DNA of 20,000 nucleotides, from the IMG/VR virus record IMGVR_UViG_3300033066_000375. The stretch is one strand, 5' to 3'. Positions within the stretch are counted from its first letter, which is position 1. Every line of letters starts with the position of its first letter. The position numbers and the translations under genes are program-made. This stretch comes from an uncultured virus (IMG/VR IMGVR_UViG_3300033066_000375) (Duplodnaviria; Heunggongvirae; Uroviricota; Caudoviricetes). The notes beneath the pieces were generated by a model. It did no database searches. It was not told where the DNA came from and saw only the letters and a list, made by a program, of their open reading frames with translations. Shown here piece by piece: positions 5,834-14,226 of the stretch.

Positions 5834-6165
5834 GGGCATTATCAGATAGTAACTTGATAGTAACTTGATAATGATCAGGGCATTATCAACTGGCATTATG
5901 TGATCGTCAAAAAACAGTTTGGGGTTACGATGAGTTACTTTATTTACTCATTATATATAATCACTTCGCCGGGGGATCAAGTCTATTTTTCCGTATAGAC
6001 CTTTTTATCATTCTATCCAAAATTATATTTTATAATGCCTTATGATCATCCAAGTCTATTTTTCTCTCCCACCTTTTTTCTCATTCTACCCAAAATCATC
6101 AATCATAATTTACTAGATCAGTTTGCCATTCTCTTCTACGCACTTTTCGATCATTCTATCAAGAC
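5834..6165. repeat. Repeat-rich non-coding junction (short repeats plus a degenerate ~70-73 bp tandem repeat)
   Basis: GGCATTAT x3, GATAGTAACTT x2, CAAGTCTATTTTT at 5978 and 6051, TCATTCTA at 6008, 6081 and 6151. Confidence 0.75.
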
Positions 6166-6208
6166 CCGCATCTAAAAAATTTTTACCAAGATATTTTTAA
6201 TTATTGTA

Positions 6209-6216
6209 TATAAATA
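6209..6216 (+). promoter_or_regulatory. T4-type late promoter TATAAATA
   Basis: Exact T4 gp55 consensus 23 nt before ATG 6240. Confidence 0.8.
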
Positions 6217-6239
6217 TCTGGTAGAATATTGGACATTGT

Positions 6240-7076
6240 ATGAAACTGACTGACATCTTGACCGAAGCAATTAATCTTAGTAGGTATCATAATGAATTCT
6301 CTGAGCTAATTCATAAGACACTTCAAAAAATGATCGATGACGACCAATATCAGGTTTATACTAGTGATGATTATTATAAGAATGGAAAGAAACGACAGAC
6401 TAAGCGAAGTAAATTCTCTTTAGACCCAAATAAAGTAGCCCAATCACTTGCACAGTCATTGCAATATAAATGTATGGAAATTATTAGAACTATGTCTAAA
6501 AGTAGATCAGTCAATGATTTCCGTTTAAGGTTTGATCACATATCCACTTCTGGCACATGTGAGGGGATTAAAATTACTATTGACATTGAAGAAATACTTA
6601 CACCCATTATAGACAGCCTTAATATTTCTAAGGATGCTTGGAGTGTCGATGTTAGTCCACTTATTTCGATTTTATCGCATGAACTAACTCATGCGATACA
6701 GAACATTAAGGCATGGGACAATCTATTTTTCAATGGAAGTTCTACGACACTCGGAACTAGATCAAAGGAAGATCGCATGGTATATTATTCTCACCCTAGA
6801 GAGATGCCCGCATTTGCCCATAATTTTGCAGCAACGATTATCAGTAATCATCTTAAAACTTCTACACCACCAGACTTGACAGACATTCCTATGATTGTTA
6901 AGAATCATCTTAAAAATGTTTTTTCTGATGAAGATTGGCGTGATCCAAAAAATTTCAAGATTCTTAAAAAATACTATACACTAATCTATAAGGAAGTTGT
7001 GGATTATATGGAGTATAAAGAAAAAAAGAAATCCATTCCGAATAAATTGGTTCCAACTCCAAATTCTCTTCCATAA
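6240..7076 (+). CDS. Zincin-like metallopeptidase-domain protein with capsid-targeting-like leader
   Basis: HELTH (HExxH) plus downstream YYSHPRE..A. Leader MKLTDILTE. Paralog of 14227-15126. Confidence 0.8.
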   Translation: MKLTDILTEAINLSRYHNEFSELIHKTLQKMIDDDQYQVYTSDDYYKNGKKRQTKRSKFSLDPNKVAQSLAQSLQYKCMEIIRTMSKSRSVNDFRLRFDHISTSGTCEGIKITIDIEEILTPIIDSLNISKDAWSVDVSPLISILSHELTHAIQNIKAWDNLFFNGSSTTLGTRSKEDRMVYYSHPREMPAFAHNFAATIISNHLKTSTPPDLTDIPMIVKNHLKNVFSDEDWRDPKNFKILKKYYTLIYKEVVDYMEYKEKKKSIPNKLVPTPNSLP

Positions 7077-7157
7077 TTCTCCCCCTACGATTTGTTCCGC
7101 GTATTCATCTCATGGCTATCTCTTAAAAATTTCCAGAAAAATTTTAACACTTACGAT

Positions 7158-7165
7158 CATAAATA
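7158..7165 (+). promoter_or_regulatory. T4-type late promoter variant CATAAATA
   Basis: 21 nt before ATG 7187. Confidence 0.65.
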
Positions 7166-7186
7166 TCATATAAAAGAATCCCTCAT

Positions 7187-7840
7187 ATGTTACTAAATGA
7201 AATATTAGATAGACTCGCCGCCCCAGAAAATGCACGCAAGCATGACACTGCAAGCCCAAACCTGTTTGAATATCACTGGAAAACCAAGTCAGGTAATAGC
7301 GTTACATTATCTTTCTTACTTTATAAGCCCAATGCCGTTGAAATTATGTTTGAAGTTAACTACGACACTTTAGAGACTGGGCGCGATCTTGATAAAGATA
7401 TATTGAGTTCTGTCTTTTACAAGATTGGCGAGTTTATAAAAACGCATGGTATCACTGAGGTTAAATTTGAACCTGTGGATGATATTAGTGACTACAAAGG
7501 ATATGCGCCTCATATAGAAATTATTAAAGATTTCGTAAAAAACAATGCAGAAATCCGTCATCAAAAAGGTTTAATAAGAGATCTATCGATGGTTATTTCT
7601 GACAAGAAGATAAATCATGCTTATATGAGTTATATTAAGAGTAGAGCATCTAACGCTTTTGATGATGCACATCGGCTAAAGTTTGAGGCACTGCTAGACC
7701 AATTAGAAAATATTAATCATAGTTCGATGGGTGGGGAGAATAGACGAAAAAGATTATATCTATATGCTATTAAGAAGTACCTACCAGATTGGACTGTAAA
7801 ACAGCAGAGTTCGTATATCTACGCTTATAAAGAATACTAA
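7187..7840 (+). CDS. Hypothetical protein with leader MLLNEILD; paralog of 12669-13379
   Basis: Shared blocks WKTKSGNSVTLSF/WTTAKGNRVNVSF, DKDILSSV/DKEILQTV, NRRKRLY/NRRLAIY. Confidence 0.85.
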   Translation: MLLNEILDRLAAPENARKHDTASPNLFEYHWKTKSGNSVTLSFLLYKPNAVEIMFEVNYDTLETGRDLDKDILSSVFYKIGEFIKTHGITEVKFEPVDDISDYKGYAPHIEIIKDFVKNNAEIRHQKGLIRDLSMVISDKKINHAYMSYIKSRASNAFDDAHRLKFEALLDQLENINHSSMGGENRRKRLYLYAIKKYLPDWTVKQQSSYIYAYKEY

Positions 7841-7873
7841 CCCACTACTATAATTTATCATTTGGAAACCCCT

Positions 7874-8302
7874 ATGAAACTAATTGATATACTACATGAA
7901 ACTCATTCCAGTACTGTGACTTGGGTCTATCCTGATATTGATGATGAAATGAATGAAATTGAAAGAACATCACAAGAACTTAATATTGATTTACAGCAAT
8001 TGATTGATTCTTTTGAAAATGCTCATCTAATTACATTAAAAGATAATATATGGTCTAGATTGGATAATACCGATTCTTATGATATTGAGCAAGGTGATAT
8101 GGAGACTGTCACTCGTTTGTCTTCGCAGTATGGAAAAGATTTACAGAGTATATTAAAGGTCTTCGATCATGGTGGTAGTCTTCCTGCCCCAATCGTGATG
8201 AACAGTAATGGTAGGTATTACTTAATTGCTGGTAATACTAGACTTATGGCAGCGAGAGTTCATGGTGTTATTCCTAATGTGTTATTAGTCGTAGTACGAT
8301 AA
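7874..8302 (+). CDS. ParB/Srx-like N-terminal-domain protein with leader MKLIDILHE
   Basis: LPAPIV...RYYLIAGNTRLMAAR matches the ParB/Srx GxxR motif. ATG 7874 is preferred over TTG 7862 (GGA before the ATG, and the leader motif). Confidence 0.8.
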   Translation: MKLIDILHETHSSTVTWVYPDIDDEMNEIERTSQELNIDLQQLIDSFENAHLITLKDNIWSRLDNTDSYDIEQGDMETVTRLSSQYGKDLQSILKVFDHGGSLPAPIVMNSNGRYYLIAGNTRLMAARVHGVIPNVLLVVVR

Positions 8303-8305
8303 ATA
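8298..8305 (+). promoter_or_regulatory. T4-type late promoter variant GATAAATA
   Basis: Overlaps the stop of the previous gene, 18 nt before ATG 8324. Confidence 0.55.
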
Positions 8306-8323
8306 TTATCATTTGGAAACCTT

Positions 8324-8392
8324 ATGAAATACTTACGATACTTATTAGAAACTCAATTACTTGAAGGTAGTATTGGAGAGAATACAGGATGA
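8324..8392 (+). CDS. 22-aa mini-ORF consisting almost only of the leader (MKYLRYLLETQLLEGSIGENTG); possible gene remnant
   Basis: Read directly from the sequence. Same 5' UTR (TTATCATTTGGAAACC) as gene 7874. Its TGA overlaps the ATG of 8389 (ATGA). Confidence 0.6.
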   Translation: MKYLRYLLETQLLEGSIGENTG

Positions 8393-9114
8393 AACTGTTT
8401 ACGCAATATCTAATAGAACAATTAAATGAGTCCAGAACTGTTCGTGGCGGTCGCATTCGTAGAACTATAGATGAATTGGTTGCTGCTGCTGAATCTATGA
8501 AGTCTTGGAAAGATTGGTATGACCGACATGAGTCAACATTAAAAGATGTGTTTGGTGATGATGCTAAACTATTTCAGAAACTACTTTCAGCTACAAGTCA
8601 AGCATCCAGTGTACCAACGAATGTCGTGCTTGCATTGAAAGCATATACACAATTACGTAATGGTACGCCATTCACTGGATATTTACCAGCAGTCATTAAA
8701 AATCTTGACAGAATAGCCGCAAATGTTTCTACACAAGGACAAAAAATTGGACCATATGGAGACGCTAACGAAGGTGATAATGATGCTAGTGCTGTTGATC
8801 GTCATATTGCAATGTTATTATTCAATACCAAGATTACCAATCGTAAGCAAATAGAGTCAGCAAAAAGACGCATACGGATCATCGCTGATCGACTTGGATG
8901 GGCACCACGTCAAGTACAAGCATCTTTATGGGCATACAATCAGACATTGTTAGGAACAAACCCAGAGAACATTAAAAGTTATGATACAATAATTAATGCA
9001 AAGCGTACAAAAATAGATGCTTTGCGATCTGCCTTGCGCGCTGAAATCAATACTGAAACAACTCCTAGTCAAAGTGATGAAATACTACAAACAGTATTGG
9101 ATAAAATAACATGA
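8389..9114 (+). CDS. Putative HhH DNA-glycosylase-like fold protein with leader MKLFTQYLIEQLNE
   Basis: Pattern WY...LLSATS...SVPTN...QKIGPY...AVDRH...LGWAPRQVQASLW resembles the HhH-GPD/Ogg-like K...(V)D(x)H architecture. GGAG RBS. Confidence 0.55.
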   Translation: MKLFTQYLIEQLNESRTVRGGRIRRTIDELVAAAESMKSWKDWYDRHESTLKDVFGDDAKLFQKLLSATSQASSVPTNVVLALKAYTQLRNGTPFTGYLPAVIKNLDRIAANVSTQGQKIGPYGDANEGDNDASAVDRHIAMLLFNTKITNRKQIESAKRRIRIIADRLGWAPRQVQASLWAYNQTLLGTNPENIKSYDTIINAKRTKIDALRSALRAEINTETTPSQSDEILQTVLDKIT

Positions 9115-9998
9115 AACTCAATGACATACTAAATGAGTCTTTTAAACTATTTAAAGATGAATCGATTAAAAAGAATCCATTTTTAAAGAACGATGAATTT
9201 AACGCAACTATTAACGCATTTAAAACAGCAGTGTCTAAGGGATTCTTGAAAGATCAGGAAAAAGATATTAATTATTGGCGCAAAAATGGCGGTTTTAATA
9301 AATTACACGATAGGCTATTAAATGCGTCCAATAACATGTCCAAAAGAGAAGGGAAAGCGCTCGCTCGTAAAGCCGATGTTATACAATTAACAGAAACTCC
9401 CAACTATACTGTAATAATACCATTAACGCCTGAAGCATCCAGAATGCACGGCGCTGGTACTAAATGGTGTGTCTCATCTAGAAACGTAGATTATTTTAAT
9501 GATTACTTTGCCACATATAATACACTTGGTAGATTAGTTATTATATTCTTACCCAAGCATGGTCATTTACCAAAACTTGCAGCAGCAATCACATCCGATA
9601 GCGATTTTCAATTATATGACGACAGAGATGGTTCAATAAACTCAGTAGACTTTAATGGCATGATAGACGGTGATATATTGAAAATAATATCAATGGCACG
9701 TTCACGCATGCCAGAAAAAGATGCGGCTGTTATAAAGCAAGCAAAAACTAATAAATATATTGCATCTAAATTATTAGAAAAGGGGCAAATAGATCCAGAA
9801 GTTGTTAAAGATATATTATTAACAAATATTCTTTATGCAATAGTTTATGTAGAATTTGGTGGCAAAGACTATGATGCAATCAAAGAACGAATACCATTAA
9901 AGGCTGATTGGAACTTAGGGCGCTTACTCAGACATATGCCTAAAGGTACATGGCCAGAAGCTGAACGATTATTCTCCGATTTTAGACAAAAAGCGTAA
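9111..9998 (+). CDS. GTKWC-motif (PcfJ-like) protein with leader MKLNDILNE; paralog of 15896-16801
   Basis: VIIPLTPEASRMHGAGTKWCVSS motif, and long identical blocks with the paralog. Confidence 0.8.
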   Translation: MKLNDILNESFKLFKDESIKKNPFLKNDEFNATINAFKTAVSKGFLKDQEKDINYWRKNGGFNKLHDRLLNASNNMSKREGKALARKADVIQLTETPNYTVIIPLTPEASRMHGAGTKWCVSSRNVDYFNDYFATYNTLGRLVIIFLPKHGHLPKLAAAITSDSDFQLYDDRDGSINSVDFNGMIDGDILKIISMARSRMPEKDAAVIKQAKTNKYIASKLLEKGQIDPEVVKDILLTNILYAIVYVEFGGKDYDAIKERIPLKADWNLGRLLRHMPKGTWPEAERLFSDFRQKA

Positions 9999-10005
9999 AA
10001 CGTAT

Positions 10006-10263
10006 TTACTGTTTAATAAATTGTTGCTCAAGTTGTATCAAAGTATGGACATAACTATTCATTAGTTCATTATATAATAGTAATGTAGCCTTGGCTTTTT
10101 CTAATCTCATTGTATTAGCATAAACTATACTAGGCGGTGCCTCTGGATTATCTAATGTTTTCTCTAGATATTTTATAAACCTGTCCTGTATTGCTAACTC
10201 ACTGGCACGATAGTCCAATACCTCTTTAGACTGATGTAAATCTATTCTGGTTTCGGTGCTCAT
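10006..10263 (-). CDS. Hypothetical protein (85 aa, helical)
   Basis: Tightly packed minus-strand operon. Confidence 0.75.
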   Translation of the reverse strand: MSTETRIDLHQSKEVLDYRASELAIQDRFIKYLEKTLDNPEAPPSIVYANTMRLEKAKATLLLYNELMNSYVHTLIQLEQQFIKQ

Positions 10264-10264
10264 T

Positions 10265-10489
10265 TCATTTACCCTTTTTAGATAATTCGTCCATCATTGT
10301 TTTTTGATTTCTTTGTATTAATTCAATATACTCTTGAATTCTACTATTGATTTTTGATACGTCATATTTAATATCGTCTGGCATATCTTCATTGACTGTA
10401 ATACTTAAAGATCTTGCAAATTGCAATCTCTCATTATCAAAGTCTATCAGTTGCTGGCATAAGTCTGATTTCTTTTCTGTACTATTCAT
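10265..10489 (-). CDS. Hypothetical protein (74 aa, coiled-coil-like)
   Basis: TAATG coupling with the upstream gene. Confidence 0.75.
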   Translation of the reverse strand: MNSTEKKSDLCQQLIDFDNERLQFARSLSITVNEDMPDDIKYDVSKINSRIQEYIELIQRNQKTMMDELSKKGK

Positions 10490-11253
10490 TACTTATTCTC
10501 TTTAAATTTGACTTTAACACTATCCACTAAGGAAAAGCTAGTGTCATCATAGTTATTTTTGAATTCTATAAACTTGTTAGTTAATTCTAATCTGGCATCC
10601 ATTTCTTTTGTAAAATTGTGCAAATAATATATCCATTCTTTTCTGGGTGGATATTCTGCTAAAGATTTTAACCTTCTGGAGACATCTTCCCACACATCTC
10701 TATTTCTATTGATTGAGAAATGCCTATAAGTGACAAGACCATCTGATTCTTTAACTTCAATAGAAAGAATTGGAATATACACGTTACTTTCTTCTATTCC
10801 ATAGAAATTAGTTTTAGTGAATTTATAAATTCTTATGATTCCATCAATACTACCACTTAGTCCATTGTCCATTTTATTTTCTTTATCCTTCTCTTCAAGC
10901 CTTCGTTTTTTATTTTCAGCTATTCTTGTTTTCATTCGTTCTACATATACTGCAAATTGTTCTTCATTTACAATCATATCTTCTGGTATGTGCTCTAAGG
11001 TATCTAATTTACCTATTGTTATAAATTGATCTGTGAGTGGGTTGCTCAACATCACCCAATAATAAGTTACACCGGGTGTTCCAGATTCTATTTGAATATT
11101 TTTTATTTTTATTGATTCATTGTCTTTATCAATACGCATATGCTCTGTTAGCCATTTTGTGTTCAATAACTCTTCCAGAGAATTGAATTCCTCTGGTGGT
11201 GGTAATGGTCCAAGATCTATATAACCGGGTCTGTATGGTGATAATCTATTCAT
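10489..11253 (-). CDS. Hypothetical protein (254 aa)
   Basis: AAGGA RBS; long ORF in AT-rich DNA. Confidence 0.85.
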   Translation of the reverse strand: MNRLSPYRPGYIDLGPLPPPEEFNSLEELLNTKWLTEHMRIDKDNESIKIKNIQIESGTPGVTYYWVMLSNPLTDQFITIGKLDTLEHIPEDMIVNEEQFAVYVERMKTRIAENKKRRLEEKDKENKMDNGLSGSIDGIIRIYKFTKTNFYGIEESNVYIPILSIEVKESDGLVTYRHFSINRNRDVWEDVSRRLKSLAEYPPRKEWIYYLHNFTKEMDARLELTNKFIEFKNNYDDTSFSLVDSVKVKFKENK

Positions 11254-11262
11254 TTATATTCC

Positions 11263-11847
11263 TTAAATATGTTCTAGTTCAAGATAGTGTATCTCACCAC
11301 CTACTGTGTTGCTATGCTCTATAGCACATTCAATGGCTAATTGCAATCTATCCTTGGTTGGTAAGTGTGGATACATTCTTTGTGATGTATATAAAGATGC
11401 GTGTGCGTAATCACTACCTGAACCACATGAAATATAATTTGCTAGTGGTTGTCCCACTTGAAAGTCGCTTTCAATAATAAATAACTTATCACTTATTGCA
11501 ACTATAAAAGTTCCACCAGACGATTCATCACCTTCTTTTATTTCTCCAAATCCATTTAATTTAAATACGTCCATTAATTGCTTAACAAATATTGACACCA
11601 TGTAATTATGTAATGATTCATCACTGGTTTCATCAACATCATATCCAGTTGGAACGAATTGATATTTTAATAGCTGACCCATTCTATATGATGTAGTAAA
11701 TCCTATCATAAATTTTTGACCAAAAGATGTTTTTCCAATGAAGAGCTTTTGATCTTTTCTTCTAATTCTCCTATGAGCATCGAACCCCATAGAATCTGCC
11801 GCCATGTATGTTTTATTATCTTTTATTGCTGCTACTACACAAGTCAT
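11263..11847 (-). CDS. HslV/proteasome-beta-like Ntn-hydrolase protease
   Basis: N-terminal MT (catalytic Thr), MAADS, conserved K (DQKLF), and CGSGSDYA motifs. Confidence 0.85.
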   Translation of the reverse strand: MTCVVAAIKDNKTYMAADSMGFDAHRRIRRKDQKLFIGKTSFGQKFMIGFTTSYRMGQLLKYQFVPTGYDVDETSDESLHNYMVSIFVKQLMDVFKLNGFGEIKEGDESSGGTFIVAISDKLFIIESDFQVGQPLANYISCGSGSDYAHASLYTSQRMYPHLPTKDRLQLAIECAIEHSNTVGGEIHYLELEHI

Positions 11848-11871
11848 TTTTTATTCCTATGATTTTTAACT

Positions 11872-11900
11872 AGAATATCATTTTTTATTTTGAATGTCTA
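11872..11900 (-). promoter_or_regulatory. sigma70-type promoter for the protease operon
   Basis: Minus strand TAGACA - 17 nt - TATTCT with TGn extension. Confidence 0.55.
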
Positions 11901-11973
11901 GATTCAAAATTAATAAATATCGCGAAGCGAATTTATGCCTAACTGGCAAATACACGTAGTGTATTATCCTTTG

Positions 11974-11981
11974 GATAAATA
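11974..11981 (+). promoter_or_regulatory. T4-type late promoter variant GATAAATA (second candidate AATAAATA at 11912-11919)
   Basis: 24 nt before ATG 12006. Confidence 0.6.
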
Positions 11982-12005
11982 ATATCAATTACAAGAATTA
12001 AAGAA

Positions 12006-12659
12006 ATGAAAATAAATGAAATTTTTGACACAACTGAGAAGAGTGTATCTACCAAAACACCATTCAAGAAAAATTATGACCTCAATAAGTTTGATGATCC
12101 TAATGCTGGATGGTATTCTCATGTCGTTGGTGATAAAGATCCACATATGGTTAATAAAATATCACATAGACATGATCCAGCTTATTCGTATTTTGTTGAA
12201 TATCTTATAAAGAATAAAATAGCTCAAGACAATCCGCACTTTCCTAGAATTTATGACGTTAGTAAATATACTGACAAAAATGGACAAAGTAAATATAAAT
12301 GGCAAATGGAAAGACTTAAAATCACTTTATATAAGTACATTTCTATAGATAATAGTGCTATAGCAAAAGAAAGAATGCGATACATTGGCGAAATATATTT
12401 AACTGATACCGGCGTTAAAGATTTAGAATATTCTATGGCAAAACAATCTAATATTGCGTATACAGTCAATGACTTTTGCAATTATATAATAGATCCTCAA
12501 TATTTACAAGATAATGCATACAAAGACGCTATAAAAATTGTGGAAAAAATGAAACAAGCGAAACATGGAGTTTTTATGGATTTACACGGAAATAATCTAA
12601 TGTTACGTTTTGGTCCATATGCGCCGCAATTGGTCATTATTGACCCATTTGTTGGTTAA
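12006..12659 (+). CDS. Protein-kinase-like (PKL fold) enzyme with leader MKINEIFD
   Basis: AGWYSHV (Gly loop), VNK, PHFPRIY, MERL, catalytic DLHGNNLM and IIDP motifs. Confidence 0.8.
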   Translation: MKINEIFDTTEKSVSTKTPFKKNYDLNKFDDPNAGWYSHVVGDKDPHMVNKISHRHDPAYSYFVEYLIKNKIAQDNPHFPRIYDVSKYTDKNGQSKYKWQMERLKITLYKYISIDNSAIAKERMRYIGEIYLTDTGVKDLEYSMAKQSNIAYTVNDFCNYIIDPQYLQDNAYKDAIKIVEKMKQAKHGVFMDLHGNNLMLRFGPYAPQLVIIDPFVG

Positions 12660-12668
12660 GGAAATATA

Positions 12669-13379
12669 ATGAAGACTTTTATAAAATACTTGATAGAAAA
12701 AATTGAAATGAAAGCACCAACTAAACCCAGATATAATAAAAATAAATATGACGAGATTTCATCTAATTGGACTACAGCAAAGGGCAATAGAGTTAATGTG
12801 TCATTTGAACCCGCATACGATAGAATCTATGATGACATATTTGATGTAGTATTTTCTGTTAATGGTAATATAGGCGAAGATGTTACTAGATCACAAGATA
12901 AAGAAATATTGCAGACAGTTTTGCATCAAATTAAACACATTATAGATGAAAATGATATACAAGCATTTATGTTTTCAGCATATAATGATACAATGGATAA
13001 CAAACTAATAGGTAAGTTAATAAAGCCATTCATAGCTAGACATAAAGAATTAATGCAAAAATATATGCACGAACCAATTGGTAATGTATTATACCATATT
13101 GGCATGTGCTATCCATCTCTCAATCATCTAGAATGGAGGGATAAACTCTTAAAAGCCATTAATGAAATATTATCTTATGAAGATTTACCAAATGATGTTA
13201 GAGCTTACGTTACTGATTTAAAGCCAGTTGCAGAACAAATCTACCACAGTGAACTTAATCCAGATGCTCCAAATAGGCGTCTAGCAATTTATAAACGTTT
13301 GTTATCACAATACCTTGGTAGCGAATGGGTAGTTACTGAAAAAAAGAAAGATACAATACTAGTCAGGAAAACTTCATGA
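12669..13379 (+). CDS. Hypothetical protein with leader MKTFIKYLIE; paralog of 7187-7840
   Basis: AAGGA RBS and shared motif blocks. Confidence 0.85.
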   Translation: MKTFIKYLIEKIEMKAPTKPRYNKNKYDEISSNWTTAKGNRVNVSFEPAYDRIYDDIFDVVFSVNGNIGEDVTRSQDKEILQTVLHQIKHIIDENDIQAFMFSAYNDTMDNKLIGKLIKPFIARHKELMQKYMHEPIGNVLYHIGMCYPSLNHLEWRDKLLKAINEILSYEDLPNDVRAYVTDLKPVAEQIYHSELNPDAPNRRLAIYKRLLSQYLGSEWVVTEKKKDTILVRKTS

Positions 13380-14224
13380 AATTTACAGAATTTTTAATAC
13401 TTAAGGAAGCACCAATCACGGATTATAAAACATTTGGAGATTTTTCCAAAGGCTCATCATTTAGAGATAAACGTGATAGATTCCTTATCACAAATCCTCG
13501 CACAATTGAACACGTAAAAAAGAAGTTTGGAAATACTGATTATAATATTAATATGTATTTCATGAATTCGCCACAGGCAAATAAATGGACAGAAGAAGGC
13601 AGTGTCAACTTAGATTGGGTTAGAAAAAATCTAGGAGATGAAATAGCAGATCATATTTCTCCAAAATTAGATGACGATGCAATTAATATTATATTCACTA
13701 ATAATAAAGGTGCTGAACGCATTAATATGACTGCCTGGATGATTGCTCATAGATTATTTCATGCACTCGGAAGAAGTGATGGTCGTGGCGCACAATTTTA
13801 CCAATATAATGAAGCTGGTAAACATTATGTAGATCAAATTAACAATTTATTACAATGTTACAGTAATGGTAATACGCAAATATCAACTAGACGTGGGCCA
13901 GCAGCACATGATTATGGTCCAAAAAGTAGAGATCATCAATTACTATTAAAAAACATATCACAGCAGATTTGTACATTTAAATCTGCTAGAGATGGTGTTA
14001 TTAGAGATTGGTTTGAAGTATTGCATGAGTTAGGCGCTCAATTAGTAACTACTGGTAATATAAAATTCAATGATCCTCCGAAATCCTTAAAGGTCGGTAG
14101 ATATTCTTTAGTATTAAAAGATGAAGAAGAAGCTAAATCAATATTGGATATGCTAGGACGAGATATGGGTTATTATATAAACGCATTATTAGGTTCAGTA
14201 GTTAATAGTATATTGGTAATGTAA
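13376..14224 (+). CDS. Hypothetical protein, possible variant zincin fold (HRLFH...HE), leader MKFTEFLILKE
   Basis: WMIAHRLFHAL (HxxxH with R in place of E) and distal EVLHEL. ATGA coupling. Confidence 0.75.
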   Translation: MKFTEFLILKEAPITDYKTFGDFSKGSSFRDKRDRFLITNPRTIEHVKKKFGNTDYNINMYFMNSPQANKWTEEGSVNLDWVRKNLGDEIADHISPKLDDDAINIIFTNNKGAERINMTAWMIAHRLFHALGRSDGRGAQFYQYNEAGKHYVDQINNLLQCYSNGNTQISTRRGPAAHDYGPKSRDHQLLLKNISQQICTFKSARDGVIRDWFEVLHELGAQLVTTGNIKFNDPPKSLKVGRYSLVLKDEEEAKSILDMLGRDMGYYINALLGSVVNSILVM

Positions 14225-14226
14225 TT

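Noticed and set aside
5834..6165. Possible CRISPR array
   Set aside because: The units are degenerate along their whole length with no constant repeat/unique spacer structure, and no cas genes are in the window.
7874..8302. Plasmid/prophage partition system
   Set aside because: Only a stand-alone ParB/Srx-like domain, without an HTH, a ParA gene or parS-like repeats.
10489..11253. Possible fusion of two genes at internal KENK-MDNG
   Set aside because: An internal AAGGA...ATG exists but its spacing is long and the frame is uninterrupted. Cannot be supported without homologs.
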